From Luteolibacter sp. (GTDB taxonomy: Bacteria; Verrucomicrobiota; Verrucomicrobiia; Verrucomicrobiales; Akkermansiaceae): 64,000 nucleotides of DNA. The stretch is from NCBI GenBank assembly GCA_039925065.1, contig JBDSZP010000080.1:2582-66581 (forward strand), given 5' to 3'. Position 1 is the first letter of the stretch. Each line of letters begins with the position of its first letter. Made by a program: the position numbers and the translations under genes. A model generated the notes under the pieces. That model saw only the letters and a list, made by a program, of their open reading frames with translations, did not search any database and was not told the origin of the DNA. This document shows, in pieces, positions 54,342 to 64,000 of this stretch.

Positions 54342-57300
54342 TGTCCGCCATGGCAGACACCGTTACCCTTCCGGATATTCCGGATGCCCCACCCGAGACA
54401 GATATTCTCGCCCCACAGGGCACACCTTCGACGCCACCATCTTCAGTTGAGACTGACTACCCGTTCCCGAGAGCGGATGCCCCGCCGCCTGTAGCAGCGC
54501 CAGCACCGAAAAGCCCGACGACCGACGCGAGTGGGCGTCTTCTCCCGCCGCCTACGTGGAAAGATGTGGCAGCCGATCCCAATTTCCAGAAGCTTGAGCC
54601 GCAGGACAAGCAAGTCAACTTCCTCAAGTGGTCAGAGTATCTGAAGCAATACGGCGCGGAGAACGGGGAAGACCCCAAGACAATTGACGCGTCCGTCGCA
54701 AAGATTCAGTCTCAAGTTTTGCCAAGTCTCGTGGGTGAGCGACACGGGGCCATCGTCTCTGGCCTCAACACCGCCGCTGTCGCCATCAACACTTCGGTCT
54801 CTGATGCTTTGCAGGGAACGATCCGTCTTCTCTCCCGCCCAGTGCAATCCGCAACCGCCCTCGACGAGAACGGCAAGCCCATCAAGCAGGAGGATTCCCA
54901 CACGGCGGAGAAGATCAACGGATGGTTGCAGAGCCAATCGGAAAAATTTGCGAAAGCCCACACTCCCGATCCGTATGCCGAGGGCGTGGCCAACCCTGTG
55001 TTCGACCCGTCATCCGACGACCCGGCAAGGCAGAAACAATTTCTCATTCCCGAATCCAAGACGCACAAGGTCGAGAAGACCGTGGCGGGCGCACTCCCCA
55101 TGCTTCTTGCATCCATGGTCGACCCCGCTCTCGGTGTGGCATACGTCGCCGATCAGGTCAAGGGTGAAACCTACAACGCTAAGCTCGCGGAGAACAAAAC
55201 GAAGATGACTCCGGAGGCTGCGGCCGAAGACGCGGAAGTCTACTCGGACCGACAGGCTTTCTACACCATCCCGCAGACCGCTCTCTTCCTCGGGGCAGGT
55301 GCGGTCGGCGCGAAACTGGCGGGCACCGGAGGATCGGCTGTGGGACAGGCCGTCCGCTCCGGCGCTGCTTCCTTCGGAGCCAACCTCGTTGTCTCGGATC
55401 TCAACCGCAACCTCGACGGGATTATCAATGGGCACTTCACCCTGGGGGACCTGGCCCCCACGACCGAGGACGTCACGATGTCCGCCCTCTTCTCGCTGCC
55501 GCATGCCTATGCCGAAGCGAACGCCTACAAGGAAGAATACAAGCACCTGAATAGCATCGTGGTGGGCGAACACCCACAAATCAAAGGCCAGATCAATCTC
55601 GCCGCCGACCCACTCCTTGAGCCAGACAGGAAAGACACTGTTCTCCAAGGTGTGGACCGGCTGCAAACCCTCGCCAAAATCCGGCTCTACGAGATGGGGT
55701 CGCGGACACCGGACGTGGTCGCCGCCTACAAGGGTGAAGCCGCGCCGGATGAGGCGGCAGCGGAGGAAATTCGGAAGACCGCCGATGGGATCGAGAAGGG
55801 TGGGGCCCCGCTCACCGCCGAAGCTTTGCGGCAGAAGGCCGACAATCTTGCCAGTGACGAGGACAAGGTGAAGGCGCGTGAGAAAGAGTTTGCAGACCTG
55901 ATGGGTCCAGCTGGACCGGCGCCCGCACCCAAAGAGCAGATCAAGGTGGAGATCCCGACGGCGGGCGAAGCCCCCAAGGTCACCATCCCGCCAGACGCAA
56001 CCGTTGATGACCTTGCGGTCATGGCCAAGTCGGTCACTGCCTCACCCGCCAAGCCTGCGGACAAGCAGAACATTCTCGCCCAGCTTCAGAATGCGGTTCA
56101 AGAAAAGCTGAAGGCCCCGATGGAGTTGGAGACCCCCGACCACACCACGCTGGCTGGTGCTCAAGCCATCATGGCCCTGCACCCTGACGAGCAGGTGAAA
56201 AGATTTACCCCCGAGGTTCGGGCCGGCGCTTCGAAAGTGGTGGCCGACCATAACCTGCGAGCGGAAGAAGACGCGGCCCAGCAGAAAGTAATCGCTGAGG
56301 CGAAGGCCAAAGGCCCGGTCACTCCGAATGCACACAGCGATCTCTATCTCAAGACCGCGCACGAGCAGCTCTACAAGCCCGCTGTCGCCACCGGCAAGCC
56401 CGAGGAGGGTGGAGAGGCAGGCGACACCGGCAACGAGATTGTGACGAGCATGGGCGCGGCCTTGCGGCCGCACTCAAAGCTGCTCGGTGACCGAGGGGAC
56501 ATCCTTGAGGAAGTGCAGAACCGCGTGATGGACGCGATGGTCAAGCACCATCAGAATGCGCTTGAGGGAAAGCCGGACAACAATGGGGTTCAGACTCCGC
56601 TCTTCCTCCTCTACAAAGATGCGGCAGGGGACACGATCACCCCGAGCAACCAGGCCCAGCGGATTGAGTCTGTGCGGCAGCAGGCCGCCCGGCTCGCCAC
56701 TTGGAAACTGCGGGACGTGCTGAAGGAGAAGGGCAAGGAACCCGGGCAGATCAATGTCAACGACGAGAGTGCTCCGCAGATTGGGGCAGACCAGGTAGTC
56801 GTCCCCACCACGACGGATGCGGTTGCCCCCGAGATTGTGAGCGCGCTCGACAAGGCCCGCGGCAAGTCGGGCGACAAAGGGAAAATTTTTGTGGACTACC
56901 TGAAGGGCAAGGCTGGCCTGCCCAATGAATCCAACTTCACCCAGACGACGAAGCTAAAGGCATTGGCGGAACTGATGAAGCAGAAGGTGCCGGGCTTCAA
57001 GAAGCTCTCGGTCAAGAGTATCCAAAATCGAATGGACGTGCTGCGCGGGCAAGTGCACGAGACGATTGGTGGGTTCGACGCCACCATGACTCCTGAGAAA
57101 CTGCTGGAGTTGGAGAGCCCGCGCGGGGCCGAGGCGAATGTTAAAGCAGAGGAGGCAGCCAAGGTGGAACCAGCCGACATTCAGGCTCGTCTCAACGCCA
57201 AGATCGGGAACATGCACTTCTTCAAACGGGCCGAGCAGGAACAGCTCATGTCCGCAATCGAGAACGTGCAGGACCCGGAGAAGCTCGCCGCGGTCGACCG

Positions 57301-60300
57301 GCTGCTAACCAAGGTCGAGAAGGATGACTTGTTCGAACCGGTGCTGAGTGACCTTGAGGCTTTGGCGGGTGGCGACATCACCTTGCCGTCGGAGCGCGAC
57401 ATCGCGCAGGCCCTCGGGGACGGCAAAGGCGCACTCGAATACACCGACGACTACAAGCGGACGAAGACAATCAAGACGGGGGGTCTCCGCCGCATGATCG
57501 GGGGCAAGCCCTTCCATCAGTTGCGAGAGGGCGGAGTATGGGAGCCAGGCCGTGGCCCCGATGAAACATCTCGCGAAGTAAAGGTTCCGCTCTCCAAGGA
57601 GGACGAGTCCCACATCAGATCCCACCTCAGCCATCTTGGCAAAGAGGGGGCCAACATCGAATCAGAATTGGAGGCAACGGCTGCCAACGTCAAATCTTCG
57701 GGCAGCAAAGACCCCATCGTGCACGAGATCGCGAAGACCAAGTCGTTGCAAGAGGCCTTCGATGTGTTGCACAAACACGGGATTGTTGTTCGGGGTTACT
57801 TCGATGGCGAGAACTACGCCCGCTCCAACGAGCTGCCGACAGAGACAAAACCAGTCGTGAGACTTAAAGAGGTAGCAGAAGCTGAGCATAAAGCTGAGAT
57901 CCCCGCACTCGACCGCAAAAATCCGGAAGCACACTTCGAAGCTCTCGACCAACTGGAGAACAGGCGCGTCGAAGCGCTGGCGAACCACGTCATCGGCATG
58001 GGCAGCACGCACTCAGTCATGGCGGAGTTACAAAAAGGGTTCCAATCCGCAATCGAGACATCGCCAACCGATAAGATTTTCAACGCCCTGAAACAACTGG
58101 CCAGCTCGGACGCACGTGCGGTCGACGTAATAAACGTGCTGCGTAACTCAGGAGTCATCTCCAAGGAAGCGGCGCAGAGATACTATGAAGATCTCGCTGG
58201 CCGGAGTGGGGGCGGAGAATGGAAGCACCCTCTCGGCACTAACCTTGAGCATGTTCGGTTCAAAGATTTTCTCGAGGAAAACCCTGAGATGCAGGGGGAT
58301 TTGGACGGCGGCCATGGTGGAGAACCGGCTGATCTAAGTAAAGCTTTCCTTGAGCCCGGAGCGAAAGTGCTCTCCGGGGAAGTGGGTCGTGTCTTATCGT
58401 CGGTTAACGCCGCAGGGGAGAACGCTATTCTTTTCCTCGACCGCACGGAGCCGAGGGTCGAAACGGCAAAGAAAATACAGGCAGAACTTTTGGACAAGGG
58501 TCTGCCCGAGATTGTGAACGAAAAGATTCGGAGCCAGAACTGGGGCACCATCGAGGGCATCCGGCAATCAATTAAAGATGTCCAAGAGCTGACAGACAAA
58601 GAGGTTGCAAGGGCGGCTGACAACCTCCGCCTCCGCCTCAACGCTCACAACGAGGCAGGCGGCATCCCTGCTTCTCTCTTCGGAGACGTGGTCGACTATG
58701 GCCGGCACCTCTACAACAAGGGGATGGACTTCGTGCACTGGTCCGGAGAAATGATCCGGGCCCTGGGCGAGCGCGTGAGGGCGCATCTCGGGGAGGCATG
58801 GGGTAAGATCACGGGGAAGGAGGCTCCGACCAACATCGAGCGCCGCGACCCGCTGAACCTAACTCTCCCCAGCGAGCGGCCTGACCTTGAGACCAAGCAG
58901 ACCGCGCTCTTCAGTGAGCGCGAGATCCCGCCCGAACACACCGGCCCGGTCAGCACCACTCTCCGCAACTACACCTTTGGTCACGGCTCCAGCCTTGGCA
59001 CCCTCCTCGACCAGATCAAGGTGTTGTCCTATGACTCTGCTCTAAAGGGATTGATCGAGCGGATGCAGTCACATCGCGGCGCCCTCGACAAAGTCAAGGT
59101 TCAGGTGGGGGACATCCCTCTCCGCGATGCCGCACAGTTTGCAGTCCGGACCACGACCGACGCAGAGGGCAACCTTGTCCGCGAGCGCATGGTCACGGTC
59201 GCGCCCGACATCGTGCGCCAACCAGAGTTCGAACGGCACGTAGTTCATGAAGCCGTCCACGCCCTGCTGGCGGAAGCGGTCCATGATTTCGAAACCAACG
59301 GCGGGAAGGGCTTGTCGAAAGACGCTCTGGCCGCAGTCAAGAAATTGAAGCGGGTCTACGATGATCTGGTCAAGGCAGAGATCGGAGACGCCAAGGCTTT
59401 CGATGAGTTCAAGAGCAGCTACGAAGCGGGCAAGGAAAGCCGCGACCTCTACGGCCTGACCAATTTCCAGGAATTTCTGGCCGAGGGCTTGAACAACCCG
59501 GCGTTCAAGAAGCTCATCGACAAGCCGGGCGGTTTGCTACAGCGGATGGTGCAGTCCGTCAAAGAGTTCTTCGGTGCGAGCGGCAGCATGTCCGGTCAGA
59601 TGATCGACGATGTCTTTGCTCTGGCCGACTTCATCCACGACCCCAATTTGCCTGACGGCAAGAACCCCGCTAGACTGGGACCAACAAAATATGTCGAAGA
59701 TCAACCGGAAACGCCTGACCCCCTCACCGGGGCCCCAACTCGGATTGGACCTAACTCTGGACCCCTTATCTCCCGCGGTGATCCACGGTCTGCCGCCGGC
59801 GGAGGAGGAGGATCTAAGCTGGGATCAGCAATCCGAGGCGGCAAGGCAGCGGGGTCCATCGCTCGGCGAATCGGAAGTCGGACTACAGCCCATGTAGTCA
59901 TGGCCAATGCGCTGCGCATGTCGCATGCGCAGTTTGAATCCTACGCCAAGCACACAAGCATGACGCCCGAGGAAAAGGGCGCGCTGCTGGAGGCGCGGAA
60001 GAATCATCCTCGGGTCGAATGGAAAGACCTGCTGCGGTTGGTGGGTCACGACAACACACCCCGACCCCTCCTCGATTCGTGGGAGAAGTTCGACAAGAAC
60101 CCGGACCACGTCGCGGATTACATCAAGACGCAGGCACGCCGCTTCAAGGCAGTTTTTGGCTCCCTCCCCCCGGAACTGGAACCACTCGGCGCCATCCACT
60201 ACGCATCCCAGAGCGGGCGCGAGGTTGCCACCGCGCTAAAGTATTACCGCGCCATGATCGAGCACATCATGTACGCGACGGGAGCTTCGCCCAACCGCGA

Positions 60301-63300
60301 GCTGAAAGTTTTTGCGAGTGGCGCTGAGTCCATCGTCTTCAAGGACGCCGCGCGCGAGTCTGTCTACAAGATCATGTCGGTGCGCGGGGATGGCAGCGTT
60401 GGTCTCCGCCCCACCCGCTACTCGGAACACGAGGTTTTCATCGTGACCAACCCTTCGCCTCCGACGGCAGCCGTCCCGAACCCGCAGCATTACTTCACTG
60501 CAAAGCGCGCCGATGCCGAAGCAAAACTCCAAGGTCGCGCCGGGACCGGGGCTCAGATGATTGAACTCGGCCCGCGACTGGTGAGCCGGGCGTTGGGGAA
60601 CATGCCCTTCATCGAACGATTGACAGGCGTTGGCCACAATCTTCCGGGGTTTGTCGCGACTGATGTTGTGGGTGTGTTGCCGAGCGGCGACCTCCTGATC
60701 AAGCAGCCCTTCGTGAGTGGCGAACCCATCGGGAACTCGGCGATCAAGAAGTTTGTCGAGGACCACGGCCACGTTCTTCTCCTCGATAAAAGCCTGAGCC
60801 TCGACCCAGCCTATCGCACCCTCGTGCTGCAGCAGGGGGTGGCGACACCGGAAGTCTTCGCCCGCCCCATGATGGTGATGGGCGACACCGGGGATTTCTA
60901 TGTGGTGACTGACATGCGTGACAGCAACGGCATGAGCAACGGGATCGAGGAGTATATGTTCGACCCGATCGTTCGGAAGCTGACCGACAAAGAGATCGCG
61001 GATTCGCCCATCCTCGCGCAGCACGCGCACGATTTGCAGATGAACTTCATGGTCGGGCCGGAAGACGCCGCACCCAATGAGGACGACTTCTCCCTTGGCT
61101 CCGAGCGCGAGACCACTGCGCTGGATAAAGCACGGCGAGATATGGGAGAGATCATGGCCGCCCCCTTCAAGGGAAAGACCTACGAGACCACCTCGTTCGG
61201 CAAACGGCAGGAGGCGGCGAACAATTTCCTCTCACAATTCTCCGGACCGAATGGTCCCCTTGAGGCGGCGGCCGCGATCAATGGATCATCCATGTCCGAA
61301 GGCGAGAAGATCGTCACCCGGGGAGAACTGGCCCTTCGTCTCGACAACTTTGCGAGAACCTTTGATGACAAGCAGGCCACCACCGAGGGCCTGAAATACG
61401 CCGAGACTCTGAACAACCTGCGGGTGGACCTGATCGAGCGCGCCCTCATGGAGGCGGGGTCCCAGTCTGGTGAGAACCTGAACGCTTACGGCCAAGTCTC
61501 CAGAATGTGGGACCCAAAGTCGCGCGGCCGCGACTTCACCAAACCTTTCCGCGAAGCACAGAAGAAGTCTCTCGACAAGGAGCCGGACGCCAAGGAACTG
61601 ATCACGCGGCTGGCTCAAGCCGGCAACGAGGCGGCAGCCAAGACACTGGTCGACCTCGACGAGGCCATTGCCACCATCGCCAAGAAATCGTTCGAGCAAT
61701 CTGGCGTGGCTTCCGACCCCTACGCCCAGCCCACCTTCGACTTCTTCGATTCGCTCGCCCGCAAATTCAAAGGCAGCTTCGACCAGAACCGGCCAGTCCG
61801 CCTCGACATCGAGAACGCTGCCTCCGACACGATCAGCCAGCAGGTGCTGGCCCGGCTCAAGACCGTGACCAAGCTGGCGAAGGTGGACGACAAGGGATTC
61901 CTCGATCAGTTGGAGACCGAAGTGCGCTCGATGGCGCGGAAGCAGGTGCAGGACTCACTACCCAAAGCCCCCGACGTGGCCGACCCGACCTCCCCGTCCG
62001 TCGGCATCGGGGAACTGACCCAGAAAGACATTGATGCCCTGCGCCACGGGATGGAGAGAGCCACACTGGCCGAGGACACCTACACCAAGGTCATCGAGAA
62101 CATCAGGGATCAGACGATCAAAGACCCATCCCTCCTACCCAAGCTGGGCGGGTTGCTGGAGACCCGCTTCGATGCCAGCCGGTTGCGCGAGGTGACCGAC
62201 GCCGTCAAGAAGGCGACCGACCTCCGGGAACTAGCGCGCAAAAGTTTGCTCGATCAGTCCCACACTGTTTCCTCCCTCACCCAGGACATGTTGGGCGCGG
62301 CGCACTTGACCGCGGATCAAGCCGTGGCCTCGGCGAACTACATCCACGCCGCGTTCGTCCGCGACCTGAAGGCCGCAGCCAACAAGCACATCGAGTCCAT
62401 GCTCAAGCGAGCAACCGCCGAGCGCAAGGTCAAGCCGATCAACCGTGACTCCCAGCACCAAATCCTAGAGATGGCCAACCTCGGGATCTTCAAACAGGAG
62501 GATGTCTACAACGTCCTCGCCAAGACAGGCCGGTGGAATCTGCCCACGTGGGACAGCAAGGTTGTCGCCGAAATCGAGCGCCGCGCCGCTGCCATCCAGA
62601 AACTGCCGAACGAGTCGGCGGTACGGATCAAGGCGAACATGGACCTCGACAACTACATCCGACGGCAGACCCCGCAGTCGGCGTGGGCTTTGCTCATGCA
62701 GCTGCAGAGCGCCAACATTCTTTTCCGCTTCTCAACGATGACCGTGGTCCCCAGCTCGACCGCGCTTAACTCGCTCTCGGAAGCCTCGATCATGGCCATG
62801 ATGCAGACCGGTCGAGGCAACCGGGCCAAGCTTTTGCAGGCGGGCATCCGCTCCTTCGCCAATGTCTTCAAGGACGCGGAGGGTAAGAGCCGAACCAGAT
62901 CTGAAGTTGAGGCAATGCTCAAGGGGGATTACTCGAAAGTCATGGGCGCCTACATTGAAGGCGAGCGAGACAAGTCGGGGCACAAGGGAAACTCCCAGCT
63001 TGAGGTCATGGCGCAGGCCCACGCCGAGGGCGAGAGCATGAAATACAAGATCACCCCGGGGGCCAAGGGCAAGGTGATCGAGATCCCCGCCCTCTTGCAG
63101 GGGCAAAAGGGAACCGAGCGTCTCCTCGCCATCGTCGGCCGGGGCATGGACCTTGCGCGCTTCGTCCCCCGGCTCATCAGCACGGCGCACACTCTCCTCC
63201 GGCCCGCCGTCTCCGAGATGCGGATCGCGGCAGAGACAGTCCGCAAGCTGCAGTCCGATGGTTTGAAACCGGGGACCGCCCGCTTCAACGCCGAGTATGC

Positions 63301-64000
63301 CAAGCGGATGGGCGAGACGGACGGTCAGCTGGACGCGGCATGGGCCACAGCGAAGGCCGAAGCGAAGGAGCATGGCTACGATAAATACACGATGGCGAAG
63401 CGGGCGAACGAGCTGATAAATCTTTCGCGTGATCAGGAAATTGTGCAGCGGGCGGATGAGTTCTCCAAGACGGTGACCTCTTCCTCCGATCTTTACGGAT
63501 TTAACGGAAAGGTGGCGGGGGCAATCCAGCAGTTCGTCGGCGACACCTACGTCGCTCAGCCCATCGTGAAGTTCCTGCGCGCCGCCTCCAACCTCGCCAC
63601 GATCGCGGAGAACTACCTCCCCATCTACAGCCTCAAGCGTTTGCTCTACGCCCCCGGGTCCACCCTCAAGCCGGTCGAACGCAACGCATCGCTGCGCCGG
63701 TTCGCGGACAAGGGACCATCGACCGCGGCGGGGGCACGCGGGAAGCTCGAACGCTTACTCCCAGACAGCGCGCCGCGCGGGGTTGACTTCGACATTCAGC
63801 TGGCGAAGACCGTCTTCGCTCACGTTGCCATGCTTCCCTTCTTCGCCCTCATGGGCAGCGGCCTGTCCGACCCTGACGCAGAGCTGCGTCTGATCGGCAA
63901 TGGCCCGAGCGACTACGACGGGAAGCGCATCTTCACGGCGGCGGGCGGGAAGACAGACTCCATCCGCTTCAAAGCCTTTGGTACCTACCACTACGTCTCG
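54341..64000 (+). CDS. giant internal virion polyvalent protein (>3200 aa, 3' truncated): ECF-sigma-like, zincin and kinase domains
   Basis: Absent from the track because it has no stop in the window; ATG 54341 overlaps the upstream TAA. Contains WKDVAADPNFQKL near the N-terminus, HEAVH...YGLTNFQEFLAE, SGAESIVF..VYK..KQPFV..DMRDSN..FDP, and GNGPSDYDGKR..DSIRF near the window end. Confidence 0.85.
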   Translation, partial: MSAMADTVTLPDIPDAPPETDILAPQGTPSTPPSSVETDYPFPRADAPPPVAAPAPKSPTTDASGRLLPPPTWKDVAADPNFQKLEPQDKQVNFLKWSEYLKQYGAENGEDPKTIDASVAKIQSQVLPSLVGERHGAIVSGLNTAAVAINTSVSDALQGTIRLLSRPVQSATALDENGKPIKQEDSHTAEKINGWLQSQSEKFAKAHTPDPYAEGVANPVFDPSSDDPARQKQFLIPESKTHKVEKTVAGALPMLLASMVDPALGVAYVADQVKGETYNAKLAENKTKMTPEAAAEDAEVYSDRQAFYTIPQTALFLGAGAVGAKLAGTGGSAVGQAVRSGAASFGANLVVSDLNRNLDGIINGHFTLGDLAPTTEDVTMSALFSLPHAYAEANAYKEEYKHLNSIVVGEHPQIKGQINLAADPLLEPDRKDTVLQGVDRLQTLAKIRLYEMGSRTPDVVAAYKGEAAPDEAAAEEIRKTADGIEKGGAPLTAEALRQKADNLASDEDKVKAREKEFADLMGPAGPAPAPKEQIKVEIPTAGEAPKVTIPPDATVDDLAVMAKSVTASPAKPADKQNILAQLQNAVQEKLKAPMELETPDHTTLAGAQAIMALHPDEQVKRFTPEVRAGASKVVADHNLRAEEDAAQQKVIAEAKAKGPVTPNAHSDLYLKTAHEQLYKPAVATGKPEEGGEAGDTGNEIVTSMGAALRPHSKLLGDRGDILEEVQNRVMDAMVKHHQNALEGKPDNNGVQTPLFLLYKDAAGDTITPSNQAQRIESVRQQAARLATWKLRDVLKEKGKEPGQINVNDESAPQIGADQVVVPTTTDAVAPEIVSALDKARGKSGDKGKIFVDYLKGKAGLPNESNFTQTTKLKALAELMKQKVPGFKKLSVKSIQNRMDVLRGQVHETIGGFDATMTPEKLLELESPRGAEANVKAEEAAKVEPADIQARLNAKIGNMHFFKRAEQEQLMSAIENVQDPEKLAAVDRLLTKVEKDDLFEPVLSDLEALAGGDITLPSERDIAQALGDGKGALEYTDDYKRTKTIKTGGLRRMIGGKPFHQLREGGVWEPGRGPDETSREVKVPLSKEDESHIRSHLSHLGKEGANIESELEATAANVKSSGSKDPIVHEIAKTKSLQEAFDVLHKHGIVVRGYFDGENYARSNELPTETKPVVRLKEVAEAEHKAEIPALDRKNPEAHFEALDQLENRRVEALANHVIGMGSTHSVMAELQKGFQSAIETSPTDKIFNALKQLASSDARAVDVINVLRNSGVISKEAAQRYYEDLAGRSGGGEWKHPLGTNLEHVRFKDFLEENPEMQGDLDGGHGGEPADLSKAFLEPGAKVLSGEVGRVLSSVNAAGENAILFLDRTEPRVETAKKIQAELLDKGLPEIVNEKIRSQNWGTIEGIRQSIKDVQELTDKEVARAADNLRLRLNAHNEAGGIPASLFGDVVDYGRHLYNKGMDFVHWSGEMIRALGERVRAHLGEAWGKITGKEAPTNIERRDPLNLTLPSERPDLETKQTALFSEREIPPEHTGPVSTTLRNYTFGHGSSLGTLLDQIKVLSYDSALKGLIERMQSHRGALDKVKVQVGDIPLRDAAQFAVRTTTDAEGNLVRERMVTVAPDIVRQPEFERHVVHEAVHALLAEAVHDFETNGGKGLSKDALAAVKKLKRVYDDLVKAEIGDAKAFDEFKSSYEAGKESRDLYGLTNFQEFLAEGLNNPAFKKLIDKPGGLLQRMVQSVKEFFGASGSMSGQMIDDVFALADFIHDPNLPDGKNPARLGPTKYVEDQPETPDPLTGAPTRIGPNSGPLISRGDPRSAAGGGGGSKLGSAIRGGKAAGSIARRIGSRTTAHVVMANALRMSHAQFESYAKHTSMTPEEKGALLEARKNHPRVEWKDLLRLVGHDNTPRPLLDSWEKFDKNPDHVADYIKTQARRFKAVFGSLPPELEPLGAIHYASQSGREVATALKYYRAMIEHIMYATGASPNRELKVFASGAESIVFKDAARESVYKIMSVRGDGSVGLRPTRYSEHEVFIVTNPSPPTAAVPNPQHYFTAKRADAEAKLQGRAGTGAQMIELGPRLVSRALGNMPFIERLTGVGHNLPGFVATDVVGVLPSGDLLIKQPFVSGEPIGNSAIKKFVEDHGHVLLLDKSLSLDPAYRTLVLQQGVATPEVFARPMMVMGDTGDFYVVTDMRDSNGMSNGIEEYMFDPIVRKLTDKEIADSPILAQHAHDLQMNFMVGPEDAAPNEDDFSLGSERETTALDKARRDMGEIMAAPFKGKTYETTSFGKRQEAANNFLSQFSGPNGPLEAAAAINGSSMSEGEKIVTRGELALRLDNFARTFDDKQATTEGLKYAETLNNLRVDLIERALMEAGSQSGENLNAYGQVSRMWDPKSRGRDFTKPFREAQKKSLDKEPDAKELITRLAQAGNEAAAKTLVDLDEAIATIAKKSFEQSGVASDPYAQPTFDFFDSLARKFKGSFDQNRPVRLDIENAASDTISQQVLARLKTVTKLAKVDDKGFLDQLETEVRSMARKQVQDSLPKAPDVADPTSPSVGIGELTQKDIDALRHGMERATLAEDTYTKVIENIRDQTIKDPSLLPKLGGLLETRFDASRLREVTDAVKKATDLRELARKSLLDQSHTVSSLTQDMLGAAHLTADQAVASANYIHAAFVRDLKAAANKHIESMLKRATAERKVKPINRDSQHQILEMANLGIFKQEDVYNVLAKTGRWNLPTWDSKVVAEIERRAAAIQKLPNESAVRIKANMDLDNYIRRQTPQSAWALLMQLQSANILFRFSTMTVVPSSTALNSLSEASIMAMMQTGRGNRAKLLQAGIRSFANVFKDAEGKSRTRSEVEAMLKGDYSKVMGAYIEGERDKSGHKGNSQLEVMAQAHAEGESMKYKITPGAKGKVIEIPALLQGQKGTERLLAIVGRGMDLARFVPRLISTAHTLLRPAVSEMRIAAETVRKLQSDGLKPGTARFNAEYAKRMGETDGQLDAAWATAKAEAKEHGYDKYTMAKRANELINLSRDQEIVQRADEFSKTVTSSSDLYGFNGKVAGAIQQFVGDTYVAQPIVKFLRAASNLATIAENYLPIYSLKRLLYAPGSTLKPVERNASLRRFADKGPSTAAGARGKLERLLPDSAPRGVDFDIQLAKTVFAHVAMLPFFALMGSGLSDPDAELRLIGNGPSDYDGKRIFTAAGGKTDSIRFKAFGTYHYVS

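Noticed and set aside
42489-60985. Receiver domain and polyprotein kinase as a cognate two-component pair
   Set aside because: The kinase has a Ser/Thr-kinase fold, not a histidine-kinase fold, so the chemistry does not match Asp phosphorylation.
54341-64000. Virion RNA polymerase within the giant protein
   Set aside because: No DxDGD/DFDxD or T7-like polymerase motifs were noticed in the parts translated; the missing 3' part cannot be judged.

Overview
The window is most of a tailed dsDNA bacteriophage genome of podovirus-like architecture, truncated at both ends. The host is probably a Verrucomicrobium, possibly a soil Chthoniobacterales; this is inferred from protein style and is not proven. 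Left arm (1-20.8 kb, mostly minus strand): rIIA/rIIB, a macrodomain protein, many tiny early genes, a displaced TerS-like gene beside a G-rich non-coding block, a small membrane/lipoprotein cluster, and a replication operon (primase-helicase, PolA split into two ORFs, DUF5664, SSB-like, DUF2800, SNF2 helicase, RuvC-like) headed by a tyrosine integrase. Right arm (20.8-64 kb, plus strand): EndoVII-type nuclease, TerL, portal, scaffold, a glycosyltransferase-like gene, major capsid protein, a block of fibre and hydrolase genes carrying Sec-type signal peptides, a lysis-like cassette with a stand-alone receiver domain and a GH75 enzyme, nozzle, triplicated adaptor, tail fibre, GNAT and ejection proteins. 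The arm ends in a >3200-aa ORF that is missing from the supplied track. The most striking signals are (i) this giant probable ejection protein, which embeds an ECF-sigma-factor-like domain, a zincin protease and a kinase, (ii) signal-peptide-bearing fibre/esterase/glycosidase proteins inside the virion module, and (iii) the split PolA. All family assignments come from manual motif recognition; no searches were run.
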